Assembly (NCBI GenBank): GCA_018052945.1
Contig: JAGPMH010000002.1
Coordinates: 1,950-65,949, forward strand
Length of the DNA: 64,000 nucleotides
Origin: Negativicutes bacterium
Lineage (GTDB): Bacteria; Bacillota; Negativicutes; JAGPMH01
Reading direction: 5' to 3'
In this document: piece after piece, positions 41,690 to 51,250 of the stretch
How the letters are laid out: each line of letters begins with the position of its first letter
Numbering within the stretch: position 1 is the stretch's first letter
Position numbers and translations under genes: made by a program
The notes under the pieces: generated by a model
The model's database searches: none
Told to the model about the DNA's origin: nothing
The model's input: only the letters and a program-made list of their open reading frames with translations

Positions 41690-42235
41690 CTACTCCTTTA
41701 TCGCCTTAATTAAACTTAATATATCTTTTATTTTCGCACTATCTTTATGTCCATCAGTTTCAACTCCGCCTGATAGATCAACCCCAGCAGGCTTTAACAC
41801 CTCAATACATTTACTAACATTATTGATATTAAGCCCCCCCGCTATTAATAGTGGCTTTTTTATTTGTTCTAATGTATTTTTAGCTTCTTGCCAATAAAAA
41901 CTTTTTCCGGTTCCACCATGAGCACCTTCTTGATAACTATCCACTAAAATGTACTCTGCCTTTTGATATTTATTAACAAGTTCCACCGAAAATTCTTCAT
42001 TATAACGAAAAGCTTTAATAATTTTACAATTTATTGCTTTACAATACGCTACATCCTCACTACCATGTAGCTGAACATAATCCAATTTGCACAATTCTGC
42101 AATCTCATTAACTACTGTTATTTTTTCATTAACAAACACTCCTACTTTGGCAATGCCTGTAATATTTTTATTTATGTCAGCGACAATTTTCGGTTCAACA
42201 TAGCGCTTACTGTTAGCAAAAATATAACCAATCAT
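41690..42235 (-). CDS. trpF: Phosphoribosylanthranilate isomerase
   Basis: 181 aa TIM-barrel. Sits between trpD and trpC in the biosynthetic operon. Confidence 0.75.
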   Translation of the reverse strand: MIGYIFANSKRYVEPKIVADINKNITGIAKVGVFVNEKITVVNEIAELCKLDYVQLHGSEDVAYCKAINCKIIKAFRYNEEFSVELVNKYQKAEYILVDSYQEGAHGGTGKSFYWQEAKNTLEQIKKPLLIAGGLNINNVSKCIEVLKPAGVDLSGGVETDGHKDSAKIKDILSLIKAIKE

Positions 42236-42319
42236 ATCAGCGCCACTATTAACTACGCTTTGTGCTATTTCTAAATTTTTAACTCCACAAATTTTTACTA
42301 AAATAAGCTTATCCCCCTC

Positions 42320-43321
42320 TTAGAAATTTCTAAGTTCATTTAATTTCTCAAAGGCTAACCCTTTATCAATAGTTTCTGTTGCTAACTTAATTCCATCTTG
42401 TATAGTTTTGGCAAAACCTGTGATATAAAAAGCCACCCCAGCATTGATAATAACGATATCACGTTTTGCACCAGTTTCACCTTTAAGAATATTTTCTAAA
42501 ATTGTAGCATTTTCAGTCGCGCCACCACCAACATACTCTTTTTCCTCACCTTCACCAAAACCATATTCTTTTGGATCAAATAAGAACGTATTAATTTCAC
42601 CGTCAATTACTTCGGTAATTTTCGTTGGAGCAATAGAAGATATTTCATCAAGTCCATCATAGCTATGAAAGACCATTGCTCTGTTTACTCCTAAATCAGC
42701 TAAAACTCTACCTATTTTTTCTGTTAAACTAATATCATATATGCCAATCATCTGATATTTAACCCCTGCCGGATTAGCCAGTGGACCTAATAAATTAAAA
42801 ATAGTTCTAAATCCTAATTCACGTCGTGGCACTGCCACATGTTTCATAGCCTGATTATATTCCGGAGCAAATAAAAAACCAATGTTGATTTTATCAATAG
42901 CTTCAGATACCTTTTCCGGTGTCATACTAACATTAACGCCAAGCGCACTAAGCACGTCTGCACTACCACAAGCACTAGAAACACTACGATTACCATGTTT
43001 GGCAACTGCTAATCCCGCGGCGGCCAATACAAATGCAACCGTAGTCGAAACGTTGAAGGTTCCTTTTGTATCTCCACCCGTACCACAAGTGTCAATAATA
43101 ATATCTTTATTATGTTGAACTTTTTTAGCATTACTACGCATTACTTCAACGAACCCAACAATTTCCTCGTTAGCTTCGCCTTTTAATTTTAAAGCTGTTA
43201 AAAAAGAACCAATCTGTGCCGTTGTCGCTTCACCGGACATAATAATTGTCATCGCCTCGACCGCCTCGGCTTTATTAAGATTTTCACCTGCAATAATTTT
43301 ATGAAGATACTTTTTTAGCAT
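42320..43321 (-). CDS. trpD: Anthranilate phosphoribosyltransferase
   Basis: About 333 aa. GTGGDTKGTFNVST motif. Start set at the ATG 8 nt after a GAGGAGG SD (43321) rather than the ORF-track TTG at 43351. Confidence 0.85.
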   Translation of the reverse strand: MLKKYLHKIIAGENLNKAEAVEAMTIIMSGEATTAQIGSFLTALKLKGEANEEIVGFVEVMRSNAKKVQHNKDIIIDTCGTGGDTKGTFNVSTTVAFVLAAAGLAVAKHGNRSVSSACGSADVLSALGVNVSMTPEKVSEAIDKINIGFLFAPEYNQAMKHVAVPRRELGFRTIFNLLGPLANPAGVKYQMIGIYDISLTEKIGRVLADLGVNRAMVFHSYDGLDEISSIAPTKITEVIDGEINTFLFDPKEYGFGEGEEKEYVGGGATENATILENILKGETGAKRDIVIINAGVAFYITGFAKTIQDGIKLATETIDKGLAFEKLNELRNF

Positions 43322-43351
43322 TGTTTTTTCCTCCTCAATATAATCAAGCAA

Positions 43352-43412
43352 TAAAAAGAGTCATTTCACCCCAATGAAAGGGGCGAAATGACTCGCTGTA
43401 CCACCCTAGTTT
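43352..43412 (-). promoter_or_regulatory. Second T-box antiterminator/terminator module (no Stem I), immediately upstream of trpD
   Basis: The minus-strand RNA reads cuaGGGUGGUACAGCGAG-UCAUUU-CGCCCCuuucauuGGGGUGAAAUGACUC-UUUUUAUUG. The T-box sequence (AGGGUGGNACNGCG) forms a canonical antiterminator with a UGGUACA bulge, mutually exclusive with the 15-bp terminator stem. Confidence 0.55.
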
Positions 43413-43428
43413 AAGAACAATCCTTTTT

Positions 43429-43745
43429 AAAATAAAAAAACACTTCACCCCACCAAGGGACGAAATGTTCGTGTTACCACCCTACTTTAAAAAGCATATG
43501 CCTTTTCTCTCTTCAGGTACGGGACATAATCCGATACCCTAGCCCAATAACGGTGGCAACCGTCTTAGCCTACTTGTTAACACTTTCGGTAAGCACTCAC
43601 AGGACCATTCCATACATTCTTTTAATCGGTCATCACACCTCTGGTAAACCAGTCACCGACTCGCTGTCTAAAAGTATACATATGTACTTTTCCTGCTCAC
43701 AGTTTTGTAAGTTGTTATTAATTTGTTAATTAATATTTATTATAG
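43429..43745 (-). ncRNA. T-box riboswitch leader (Stem I/specifier region plus T-box antiterminator and terminator), probably tRNA-Trp responsive
   Basis: The minus-strand RNA contains ...AAAGUAGGGUGGUAACACGAAC-AUUU-CGUCCCuuggUGGGGUGAAGUG-UUUUUUU, a T-box consensus with terminator. About 270 nt of structured leader lie upstream and include a candidate UGGA specifier (guaUGGAaugg). Drives the trp operon. Confidence 0.6.
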
Positions 43746-43903
43746 CGTTAAAAAATGTAATGTCAATCTTTTTTTATTGATTTTTTTGCCAAGATAATGT
43801 AATTATTATCATTATAATGTTAAAATATTAATAATATATTTTTTAATACTTTAAAAGATATTATCTTTTAACTATAAATCATGCAAATAAAAGGAGTTAT
43901 AAC

Positions 43904-44821
43904 TTGAAAAAAATAATATTTTTAAGTTTCATATTTTTATTGTTTTGTACCGGTTGTCAAAACAATCCACCAATTTCCTTTATTGATTTTTCTAAAACAA
44001 CACCTATTACCAAAAACACCACCAATAATAACGATACCAAACCCTTAAAAATAGCCGTTGCTACTGTCTTATCACCTAATGTAACAATCAGCAATTATCG
44101 CAACATTGCAAAATACATCTCCGAAAAAACCAATCGTCCTACCCTCTTAATCCAACGCAAAACTTATGAAGAATTAAATATCCTAATGTCAAACGGCGAG
44201 GCTGATATCGCCTTTATGTCAACTGGTGCTTATTCCTCTTATCGTGGTTTAAATGAAATAGAATTATTGGCAATGGTTGCTTACAAAAAAACAGCTACTT
44301 ATTTTTCCCAAGTAATCGTTCACAAAGATAGTAGCATTTCAACTTTAGCTGATTTGCAAGGTAAAACTTTCGCCTTTACCGACCCCCTTAGTTACTCCGG
44401 ACATATTGCGATTTTAAACGAATTACATCAAAGCCACAATAAACCGGAAACATTTTTTAGTCGCTACATCTATACTTACGGTCATGACAAGTCAATTTGG
44501 GCTGTTGCCAATAAAGTAGTGGATGCAGCCAGTATTGACAGTATGATTTTAGAACATTCCCAAAAATATACCCCTTGGATTACTGCAAACATCAAAGTTA
44601 TTAGTAGTATTGGACCTTATCCTACCGGACCGGTGGTTATTAGGAAAAGTTTACCACCGGAAATTAAGACTTCTTTAAAAACAAGCTTGCTTAATATGCA
44701 TGAAGATAGTGCTAATATGGAAACATTAAACGGACTGCTAATAGATCGCTTTATTGAGCCAAACCCCGAAGCTTATCTGCCTTTAATAAAAAATTACCAG
44801 CAAGTTGGTGATAATATATGA
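43904..44821 (+). CDS. PhnD/SsuA-like periplasmic substrate-binding lipoprotein (sensor-associated)
   Basis: 305 aa. Lipobox LFCTGC. PBP type-2 fold resembling phosphonate/phosphite-binding proteins. 4-nt overlap with the downstream histidine kinase gene. Confidence 0.65.
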   Translation: MKKIIFLSFIFLLFCTGCQNNPPISFIDFSKTTPITKNTTNNNDTKPLKIAVATVLSPNVTISNYRNIAKYISEKTNRPTLLIQRKTYEELNILMSNGEADIAFMSTGAYSSYRGLNEIELLAMVAYKKTATYFSQVIVHKDSSISTLADLQGKTFAFTDPLSYSGHIAILNELHQSHNKPETFFSRYIYTYGHDKSIWAVANKVVDAASIDSMILEHSQKYTPWITANIKVISSIGPYPTGPVVIRKSLPPEIKTSLKTSLLNMHEDSANMETLNGLLIDRFIEPNPEAYLPLIKNYQQVGDNI

Positions 44822-46239
44822 ATTGGTGGCAACATTTAAGTTTAGGTAATAAGTTAAATATTTTTGTTATTACAACCATTATCGTTTTAATATCAATTAT
44901 GGCTTTTTTATTTCAAGGGCTAATTCGAGATATTATGATTAGACAAGTAGAGTTACGGGGCTCCGAAATTGGTAGCTATATTGCCACTTTAACTGCTGAT
45001 GATATTATTCAAGACAATTATTATAAAATTTTAGAAAATATTAATAAAATCAAAGAAAAAAATGAAGATGTTCGCTATATTATAATCTGCGATTACGCCG
45101 GTCAAATAATCTTACATACCTTTAATAACGATTTTCCATTAGGCTTAAGTCCAAATATTGATAATAGTGCCGTCAAAAACTATAGTATCACTCATTTTAA
45201 TAGTAATGAAGGTTCAATTTACGAAATAAACACACCAATTGAAAATGGCAATATCGGCATTGTTAGAGTCGGTATGTCCAATAACATTATGTATAATATG
45301 TTATCTAACACTATGTCCGATTTCACCTCCTTAGCTATATTAATTTGTATTATCGCTGTTGTTATTATCAGCTTTTTAACAGCATATCTCATTAAGCCGA
45401 TTAAAGAATTAGCAATAATTGCTTCGGAAATTAAGAATAATAATTATATCGTTAAATCAAATTATGTTGGAGAAGATGAAATAGGGAAACTCGCTAAAAG
45501 TTTTAATGAAATGGCGCAAAAATTGCAAGAAAACAAAGAAGATAATAATAGACTCTTAAAAGCCCTACGCTTAAAAGAAGTAAATAGAAACGTTCTAATT
45601 AACAAGCTCTTTACCGCCCAAGAAGATGAGCGTAAAGCAATTTCTCGGGAACTACACGACGGTGCCGGTCAATCAATAACATCAATTCTCGCCTACCTTC
45701 GTGTACTATCAGCTAAGTTAACTGATGATAGCCAATTAAAATTAGTAACCGCCGTCCGCGAAGTTATTGTCAATGTGCTAGAGGAACTACGCCAATTAGC
45801 CGTTAACCTAAGACCGCCAGCGCTAGATCGCTTTGGAGTCTTCACTACTATTGAAAAACATTTAACCTCGCTAGCAGAACATCATAATATCGAAATCAGT
45901 TTTGACTACCCAAAACGAAAATATCTACTGTCTGATAATATTTCGCTGGCATTATATCGCATTTTACAAGAAGCCACTACCAACATCTTAAAGCATGCCC
46001 ACGCCACTAGTATTAATATTTCAGTTGATATCGGTATTGAAAACCTCATATTGATCATTAGTGATAATGGCTGTGGTTTTTCCAAAACCACCTTAGCCAA
46101 TGCCCGCGATGCCAATCATTTAGGCTTATACGGTATGCAAGAGCGAGTGGAATTATTAAACGGTTCTTTTGAAATCGAATCCACAATCGGTCAGGGAACA
46201 ATTATAAAAATATCAATACCTTTGAAAATGGAGTGCTAA
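44818..46239 (+). CDS. Sensor histidine kinase, HisKA_3 (NarX/LiaS-type) family
   Basis: 473 aa. N-terminal TM, extracytoplasmic region, second TM, then H-box ELHDGAGQSITS and a HATPase_c region with G-box motifs. Confidence 0.8.
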   Translation: MNWWQHLSLGNKLNIFVITTIIVLISIMAFLFQGLIRDIMIRQVELRGSEIGSYIATLTADDIIQDNYYKILENINKIKEKNEDVRYIIICDYAGQIILHTFNNDFPLGLSPNIDNSAVKNYSITHFNSNEGSIYEINTPIENGNIGIVRVGMSNNIMYNMLSNTMSDFTSLAILICIIAVVIISFLTAYLIKPIKELAIIASEIKNNNYIVKSNYVGEDEIGKLAKSFNEMAQKLQENKEDNNRLLKALRLKEVNRNVLINKLFTAQEDERKAISRELHDGAGQSITSILAYLRVLSAKLTDDSQLKLVTAVREVIVNVLEELRQLAVNLRPPALDRFGVFTTIEKHLTSLAEHHNIEISFDYPKRKYLLSDNISLALYRILQEATTNILKHAHATSINISVDIGIENLILIISDNGCGFSKTTLANARDANHLGLYGMQERVELLNGSFEIESTIGQGTIIKISIPLKMEC

Positions 46240-46243
46240 TATT

Positions 46244-46894
46244 ATGAAAAACATTAAAATAATCTTAGTTGATGATCATATTGTCTTAAGAAACGGTTTA
46301 AAGCTATTATTAGAAAGTGAACAAAACATCTCTATTGTCGGGGAAGCGAGTAGTTACAGCGAATTGAAAACCATTTTGCAACAAACACCTACCGATATTT
46401 TATTACTTGATTTATCAATTCCCGATAAACATGGTTTGGAAATAATTAAAGAATTAAAAGATAGTAATGTTAATTTCAAAATTTTAGTTTTTACAATGCA
46501 CTCTGAAGAGCAATATATAAAATCAGCAATGTCCGCCGGTGCCAGTGGCTATGTTGAAAAAAGCGCGTTAGATACCGAACTACTAACTGCCATTAATACC
46601 GTCGCTCAAGGTAATATTTATTTAAACAGCAAAAACGCCTTATTAATGGTAAATTCATTACTTAACACCACTGAAACTAACGACCCTTACGCCCTCTTTT
46701 CCAACAGAGAATTAGAGGTAATGAAATTAATGGTTCACGGTTATTCACTCTCTGAAATAGGGCAACAGCTTTGTTTGAGTTTAAAAACAATTGATACCTA
46801 CAAAACCAGAATCTTCACTAAACTTAATATCTCTAAAAAAAATGAACTGGTGGATTACGCTCTACAAAACGGCATCTTAAAAACAAGCAAATAA
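46244..46894 (+). CDS. Response regulator, NarL/FixJ (LuxR-type HTH) family
   Basis: 216 aa. REC domain (ILVDDH...LLLDLSIPD) plus a C-terminal LuxR-type HTH (LSNRELEVMKLMVHGYSLSEIGQQLCLSLKTIDTYKTRIFTKL). Confidence 0.85.
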   Translation: MKNIKIILVDDHIVLRNGLKLLLESEQNISIVGEASSYSELKTILQQTPTDILLLDLSIPDKHGLEIIKELKDSNVNFKILVFTMHSEEQYIKSAMSAGASGYVEKSALDTELLTAINTVAQGNIYLNSKNALLMVNSLLNTTETNDPYALFSNRELEVMKLMVHGYSLSEIGQQLCLSLKTIDTYKTRIFTKLNISKKNELVDYALQNGILKTSK

Positions 46895-46898
46895 AAAA

Positions 46899-46945
46899 AA
46901 GATTAATTAGGCCTAGTTGCTATCAGCCTAATTAATCTTTTTTTA
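46899..46945. terminator. Bidirectional terminator between the response regulator and glpT
   Basis: Perfect 14-bp stem aagattaattaggc / gcctaattaatctt with an A-run before and a T-run after. Confidence 0.6.
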
Positions 46946-46970
46946 TATCTAACTATATTTAATAGGGTTT

Positions 46971-48350
46971 TTATTTTGTAATATTACATTCTTCGCCAAC
47001 ACAACCGACATCATCCGGTTTAGCATTCCATACTAGTAATGCTAATACGCAAGATAATACTGCGGCACCTACCCAGAAATCACTGGCTGCAGCAAAGTCA
47101 TATACTGTTTTACCATCAACAACCATTTTATGCGCATTAATGAAATAACCACTAACACGTTCTTGCAAAGCTGCACCGATATAACTAAACATTCCAATCA
47201 TACCCATTGCTGCACCTGTAGCATTTTTCGGACAAAGATCTACTGCCATCAAGCCGCCAAGGTAACATACTAGTGCTCCCATTGTAAAGCCATAAACAGC
47301 CATCGCGCCATAATCAAGCGTTCTCATGCCCGGACCAGTCCAAACAATTGCCGCTGTTGATAAGGCAAATAATACTCCGAAAATTAAAGCTGGAACATTA
47401 CGTCTATGATTAAAAAATTTATCAGAAATAAGACCACATAATAACGCTCCAAAGATACCTGCACCTTGCATTACTGATAATAAAAGGGCTGCATCCATCG
47501 TCGAGTAAGCTTTGGCTTCAGTTAAGAATACAACGCCCCAACTTTCAATCGCATAACGAGTAACATAACAACAAGCACTTGATAATCCTAAAATCCATAC
47601 TACCGGTTTCTTAATAACGCCCCATTGTGCTTTATTAACATTTTTATCTTCTTTCGGTTGAACTTTCAAACCATCATATTCTTCCGGCGTCGGCAAACCA
47701 CAAGCTTGCGGACGATCGTGCATAAAGTAGTACATAAAGCCCGATGCTACTAAACATATTGCCCCTGGAACAATAAAGCCCATTTGCCAGCTATATTTCA
47801 TAACTAGCGCTGCAGTTACCATATAAGTTATCGCTGCACCGATATTATGACTAGTAAACCAAACACCATAATACGTTCCACGTTCCTTACCAGAAAACCA
47901 CTGATTTAAAGAAACAATACAAGGACCTGCTCCATAAGATTGGAACCAACCATTTAGCCCCCATAAGGCAAATAATACAATAAATTCTTTTGTAAAGCCC
48001 ATGGCAAAAGTACAGATAGCTGATAAAAATAAGCCCATGGATAAAAATCTCTTATTGTTAACCCTATCCGCAATAAAACTATTAACAAATTTACCAACAG
48101 CATAAGTGATAAAGAACAACGCCCCCATATCACCTAATTGTTGAGCATTTAAAATTCCATCATTCAATAATGGTTTTTTTACGACGGAAAAATTCAAACG
48201 ACAAACATAAAAGAAAGCGTAACCTAACGTGATTGACATAAACACCGACCAACGATGTTTTTTAAATTCTTTTTTTACAACATTTTCATCAGCTGAGATT
48301 AACGCTTTATCCTCACCACGTTTGAAAAAGTTTGCAATTGCCTTAAACAT
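46971..48350 (-). CDS. glpT: MFS organophosphate:phosphate antiporter (GlpT/UhpT family), probable glycerol-3-phosphate transporter
   Basis: 459 aa. N-terminal region KKHRWSVFMSITLGYAFFYVCRLNFSVVKKPL resembles the GlpT/UhpT OPA family. Co-oriented with glpQ. Confidence 0.7.
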   Translation of the reverse strand: MFKAIANFFKRGEDKALISADENVVKKEFKKHRWSVFMSITLGYAFFYVCRLNFSVVKKPLLNDGILNAQQLGDMGALFFITYAVGKFVNSFIADRVNNKRFLSMGLFLSAICTFAMGFTKEFIVLFALWGLNGWFQSYGAGPCIVSLNQWFSGKERGTYYGVWFTSHNIGAAITYMVTAALVMKYSWQMGFIVPGAICLVASGFMYYFMHDRPQACGLPTPEEYDGLKVQPKEDKNVNKAQWGVIKKPVVWILGLSSACCYVTRYAIESWGVVFLTEAKAYSTMDAALLLSVMQGAGIFGALLCGLISDKFFNHRRNVPALIFGVLFALSTAAIVWTGPGMRTLDYGAMAVYGFTMGALVCYLGGLMAVDLCPKNATGAAMGMIGMFSYIGAALQERVSGYFINAHKMVVDGKTVYDFAAASDFWVGAAVLSCVLALLVWNAKPDDVGCVGEECNITK

Positions 48351-48373
48351 AATAATCCTCCCATACCTTAGTA

Positions 48374-49528
48374 TTAATAAGCAGCATCCATACCACCAGC
48401 TAATTTTTCTGTTTTAACATTATTAAAAGCAATACCAGTATGATATTTACTGTTAATATTAACTGTTGGTTCTGGCAACTTGATGCCACGTTTTTCAAGT
48501 GCCGGACGTAAAATCCATGGTTTATCGGTAATAATACCGTCAACACCCATATCTATTAACATTTCCATATCACTTTCTGTATTAACAGTCCATGGCACAA
48601 CCTTCATTCCTAAAGAATGTGCTTCTTCAATCATTTCTTTGCTAAGTTCAGGGAAATAAGGTGAAATAACATCTGCTCCTATTGCCTTCGCAGCTTGCAC
48701 CGGATTTCCTTTGTAATCATCAATATCTAGTCCACCTAACCATGGTGATTTTCCTTTTTCATAAGGTTGTAAACATTCAGAATCACGTCCCCATGAAGGT
48801 TGTTGACACCATAATGCTACCGTTGTTATTTCAGGGTTGATTTTTTTGATTGACGTGATAGTTCTCCAATCAAACGATTGTAAGGTCACGCGATCTTGCA
48901 TATTATATTTTTTCACCAATCTATTAAACTCAGTAACAAATTTTACCGGATCAACATTATTGGCAAAACCTTGTTTATCAATAGGATCAACATAAGATTT
49001 TGTTTCTGCATTAACGATAACTTTATCATTACCATATTCTTTTATTAACTGAAATACTTCTTCTAAAGTCGGAATCTTAGCATCAGCATAAGTTAGCTGC
49101 GTTTTACCATGACCTTCATAATATTCTGTTCCCGGCTTAATGCTACCAACTGTAAATTCTTGCAATTCGCTATAGTTCATTAATCTAATATCATATTTTT
49201 TGCCTTCAACATAATTACCCTTACTATCTTTAGTAATATCAGGGTTTAAAATCGGATTATGACTCATTACAATAACGCCATCTTTTGTCATTTGCATATC
49301 ACATTCGATTGTGGTTGCACCAATTTCCATCGCATAAGCATAAGAATACAATGTATTTTCCGGTCTGGCATCGCGTCCACCACGATGAGACTGGAAATCA
49401 AAGCTATCCATTTTTACTTTCGCTGCTGCTTCCGGCATGGTTACATAATTAAAACCTGTACCAATTACCGCTGCAGTTAACCCAGCTAAAACCAATTTTT
49501 TTAAAATCATTTTTTTACTAATCATCAC
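48374..49528 (-). CDS. glpQ: Glycerophosphodiester phosphodiesterase (secreted)
   Basis: 384 aa. Signal peptide plus the HRGGRDARPENTLYSY...ECDMQMTKDGVIVMSHN GP-PDE catalytic motifs. Confidence 0.85.
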   Translation of the reverse strand: MMISKKMILKKLVLAGLTAAVIGTGFNYVTMPEAAAKVKMDSFDFQSHRGGRDARPENTLYSYAYAMEIGATTIECDMQMTKDGVIVMSHNPILNPDITKDSKGNYVEGKKYDIRLMNYSELQEFTVGSIKPGTEYYEGHGKTQLTYADAKIPTLEEVFQLIKEYGNDKVIVNAETKSYVDPIDKQGFANNVDPVKFVTEFNRLVKKYNMQDRVTLQSFDWRTITSIKKINPEITTVALWCQQPSWGRDSECLQPYEKGKSPWLGGLDIDDYKGNPVQAAKAIGADVISPYFPELSKEMIEEAHSLGMKVVPWTVNTESDMEMLIDMGVDGIITDKPWILRPALEKRGIKLPEPTVNINSKYHTGIAFNNVKTEKLAGGMDAAY

Positions 49529-49625
49529 TAAAATCTCCTCTTCTCTAATTTCAATTTTAATTTGTAATTACCATTATTATCACATCAGTATGACTTAAAA
49601 AAAATCAGATGAATTCTTATTTTAA

Positions 49626-49658
49626 TGTAAGAATAAATTCTTTTATTTTATTCTTACA
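49626..49658. promoter_or_regulatory. Perfect 12-bp AT-rich inverted repeat upstream of glpQ (candidate operator)
   Basis: tgtaagaataaa-ttcttttat-tttattcttaca lies about 100 nt upstream of the glpQ start. Confidence 0.3.
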
Positions 49659-49663
49659 GCAAT

Positions 49664-49710
49664 AAAAGGTGGAATTTTAAGGACAATTCATCCCTAAAAC
49701 TCCACCTTTT
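49664..49710. terminator. Hairpin terminator downstream of the SLH porin gene
   Basis: aaaaggtggaatttta / taaaactccacctttt stem with a 15-nt loop. Confidence 0.45.
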
Positions 49711-49807
49711 ATTAGTTTTCATTAAACATTGTAGGTTTTATATTAAGTTAAACTCAACTTACACTTTATAAAAATCTTACAACGCTACTTACTTTTATTA
49801 TTATTTA

Positions 49808-51088
49808 TTAGAAAAACATTTCCACTTGAGTTCTTAAAAATTTAGTTTTTTGACCACTAGTAGCATTAGTATCTAAATCTTTACCATCAAAGTAAAAAGT
49901 CTGCCATTTAATATTTTTTGATGGAATATAATCAAAACCAATGCCCCAGCCTTTAGTATCAGTAGCATAACCCCCAAAGGTATTTCTGATTTGCGTTACT
50001 TTTGGCATTTGACGATAATTTATGAAGATATCATAACTACCTTCTTTCTTTATATCAGCGCCTTTATATGTCAATTGAGTAAAGTAACCAGTATCTTTAA
50101 CTGCTATACCGCTGATTTTATCTTGATTGGCTTTAAAGTAATTTAAATCTAACGTCCAATCATTATTCAACTTACTTAATACTCCAACCTCAAAAATACT
50201 TAAATTATCAGCATTATTATTAAATATTGATTGGAACTTTTCTCCTTTTAAATTGTGATAACCAATATTAGCCGTTGTATTTTTATCATACTTATATTTG
50301 GCTTCAATTCCATTATAATCAAATGTTTTATCGCTAAACCCACTACCCCATCTATCTAAATTATACATTCTGCCGGTAGTAAGTGTTGTTTCTAGAACTT
50401 TACCGAATTTAAATTGTGCCCCTGAGACCTCACGATCAATAATAAAACCACCTTTTGATAGTGCACCAAATTTACCGACTTTAGTTTTAACCTGCCCCAA
50501 CGGGCCTTCCACATAGACCTTACTTGTATTACCTTGCTTAGTGTCTCCACTATCTTCTTTTAATTTAAACTCACTTTCAAATTCAGCTTTTGCCACCCAA
50601 TTATCATTAATTTTAGCAGTAGCCCATAAATCTAAGTAAGAATAACTGGTACTGACGCTTGTATCAGTCTTGCTAACGCTATGATAGTTATGATCTTCTT
50701 GATCTAATCTCAGCCTAGCTTTACCGCCCCATTTTACATTATCCACTTTGCTTTCGAGGTCTGCTACTCTAACCCCCAGATTATTTAGTTCTGTCTTATA
50801 TTCTATGGCCAGTTGATCAATGGTTGATTTATCAGCACTGTTAAGATTAGTTTTAGCCATCGCTTTTGCTACCATTTGTGCCATTTCATATCTAGTGATG
50901 CTTTTATCACCTTTAAAAGTTCCATCACCATAGCCCTCAATAACCCCTGCTTGCGCCAGCTTTGTCACTGCCTGATAAGACCAATGTCCACTAGGTACAT
51001 CACTAAAAGGGTTACTCGCCGCAAAAGTTGTTCCCATTGCCCCTACTATTAATGCTGCTGTTATGACCCCTGTAAGTTTCTTGCTCAT
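49808..51088 (-). CDS. SLH-domain outer-membrane porin (OmpM/Mep45-like)
   Basis: 426 aa. Signal peptide and an N-terminal S-layer-homology domain (FSDVPSGHWSYQAVTKLAQAGVIEGYGDGTFKGDKSITRYEMAQMVAKA), followed by a beta-strand-rich region ending in an aromatic C-terminus (VEMFF). This is the architecture of Negativicutes OM-tethering porins. Confidence 0.8.
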   Translation of the reverse strand: MSKKLTGVITAALIVGAMGTTFAASNPFSDVPSGHWSYQAVTKLAQAGVIEGYGDGTFKGDKSITRYEMAQMVAKAMAKTNLNSADKSTIDQLAIEYKTELNNLGVRVADLESKVDNVKWGGKARLRLDQEDHNYHSVSKTDTSVSTSYSYLDLWATAKINDNWVAKAEFESEFKLKEDSGDTKQGNTSKVYVEGPLGQVKTKVGKFGALSKGGFIIDREVSGAQFKFGKVLETTLTTGRMYNLDRWGSGFSDKTFDYNGIEAKYKYDKNTTANIGYHNLKGEKFQSIFNNNADNLSIFEVGVLSKLNNDWTLDLNYFKANQDKISGIAVKDTGYFTQLTYKGADIKKEGSYDIFINYRQMPKVTQIRNTFGGYATDTKGWGIGFDYIPSKNIKWQTFYFDGKDLDTNATSGQKTKFLRTQVEMFF

Positions 51089-51196
51089 ACTTAATCCTCC
51101 ATTATGTTTAGTTATATTTAAAATTTACCATAATGGTGAAATATTTTTGTTAAGGCAATGTTATGATTTGGTTATCAAATATTAATTTTACGTTAA

Positions 51197-51250
51197 TAAG
51201 ACAGTGATATTTCAGTAGTTTTAGCTACTAAATTATCACTGTCTTATAGT
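51197..51250 (-). terminator. Terminator after clpB
   Basis: Perfect 14-bp outer stem ataagacagtgata / tatcactgtcttat with an inner agtagc / gctact helix. Confidence 0.5.
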
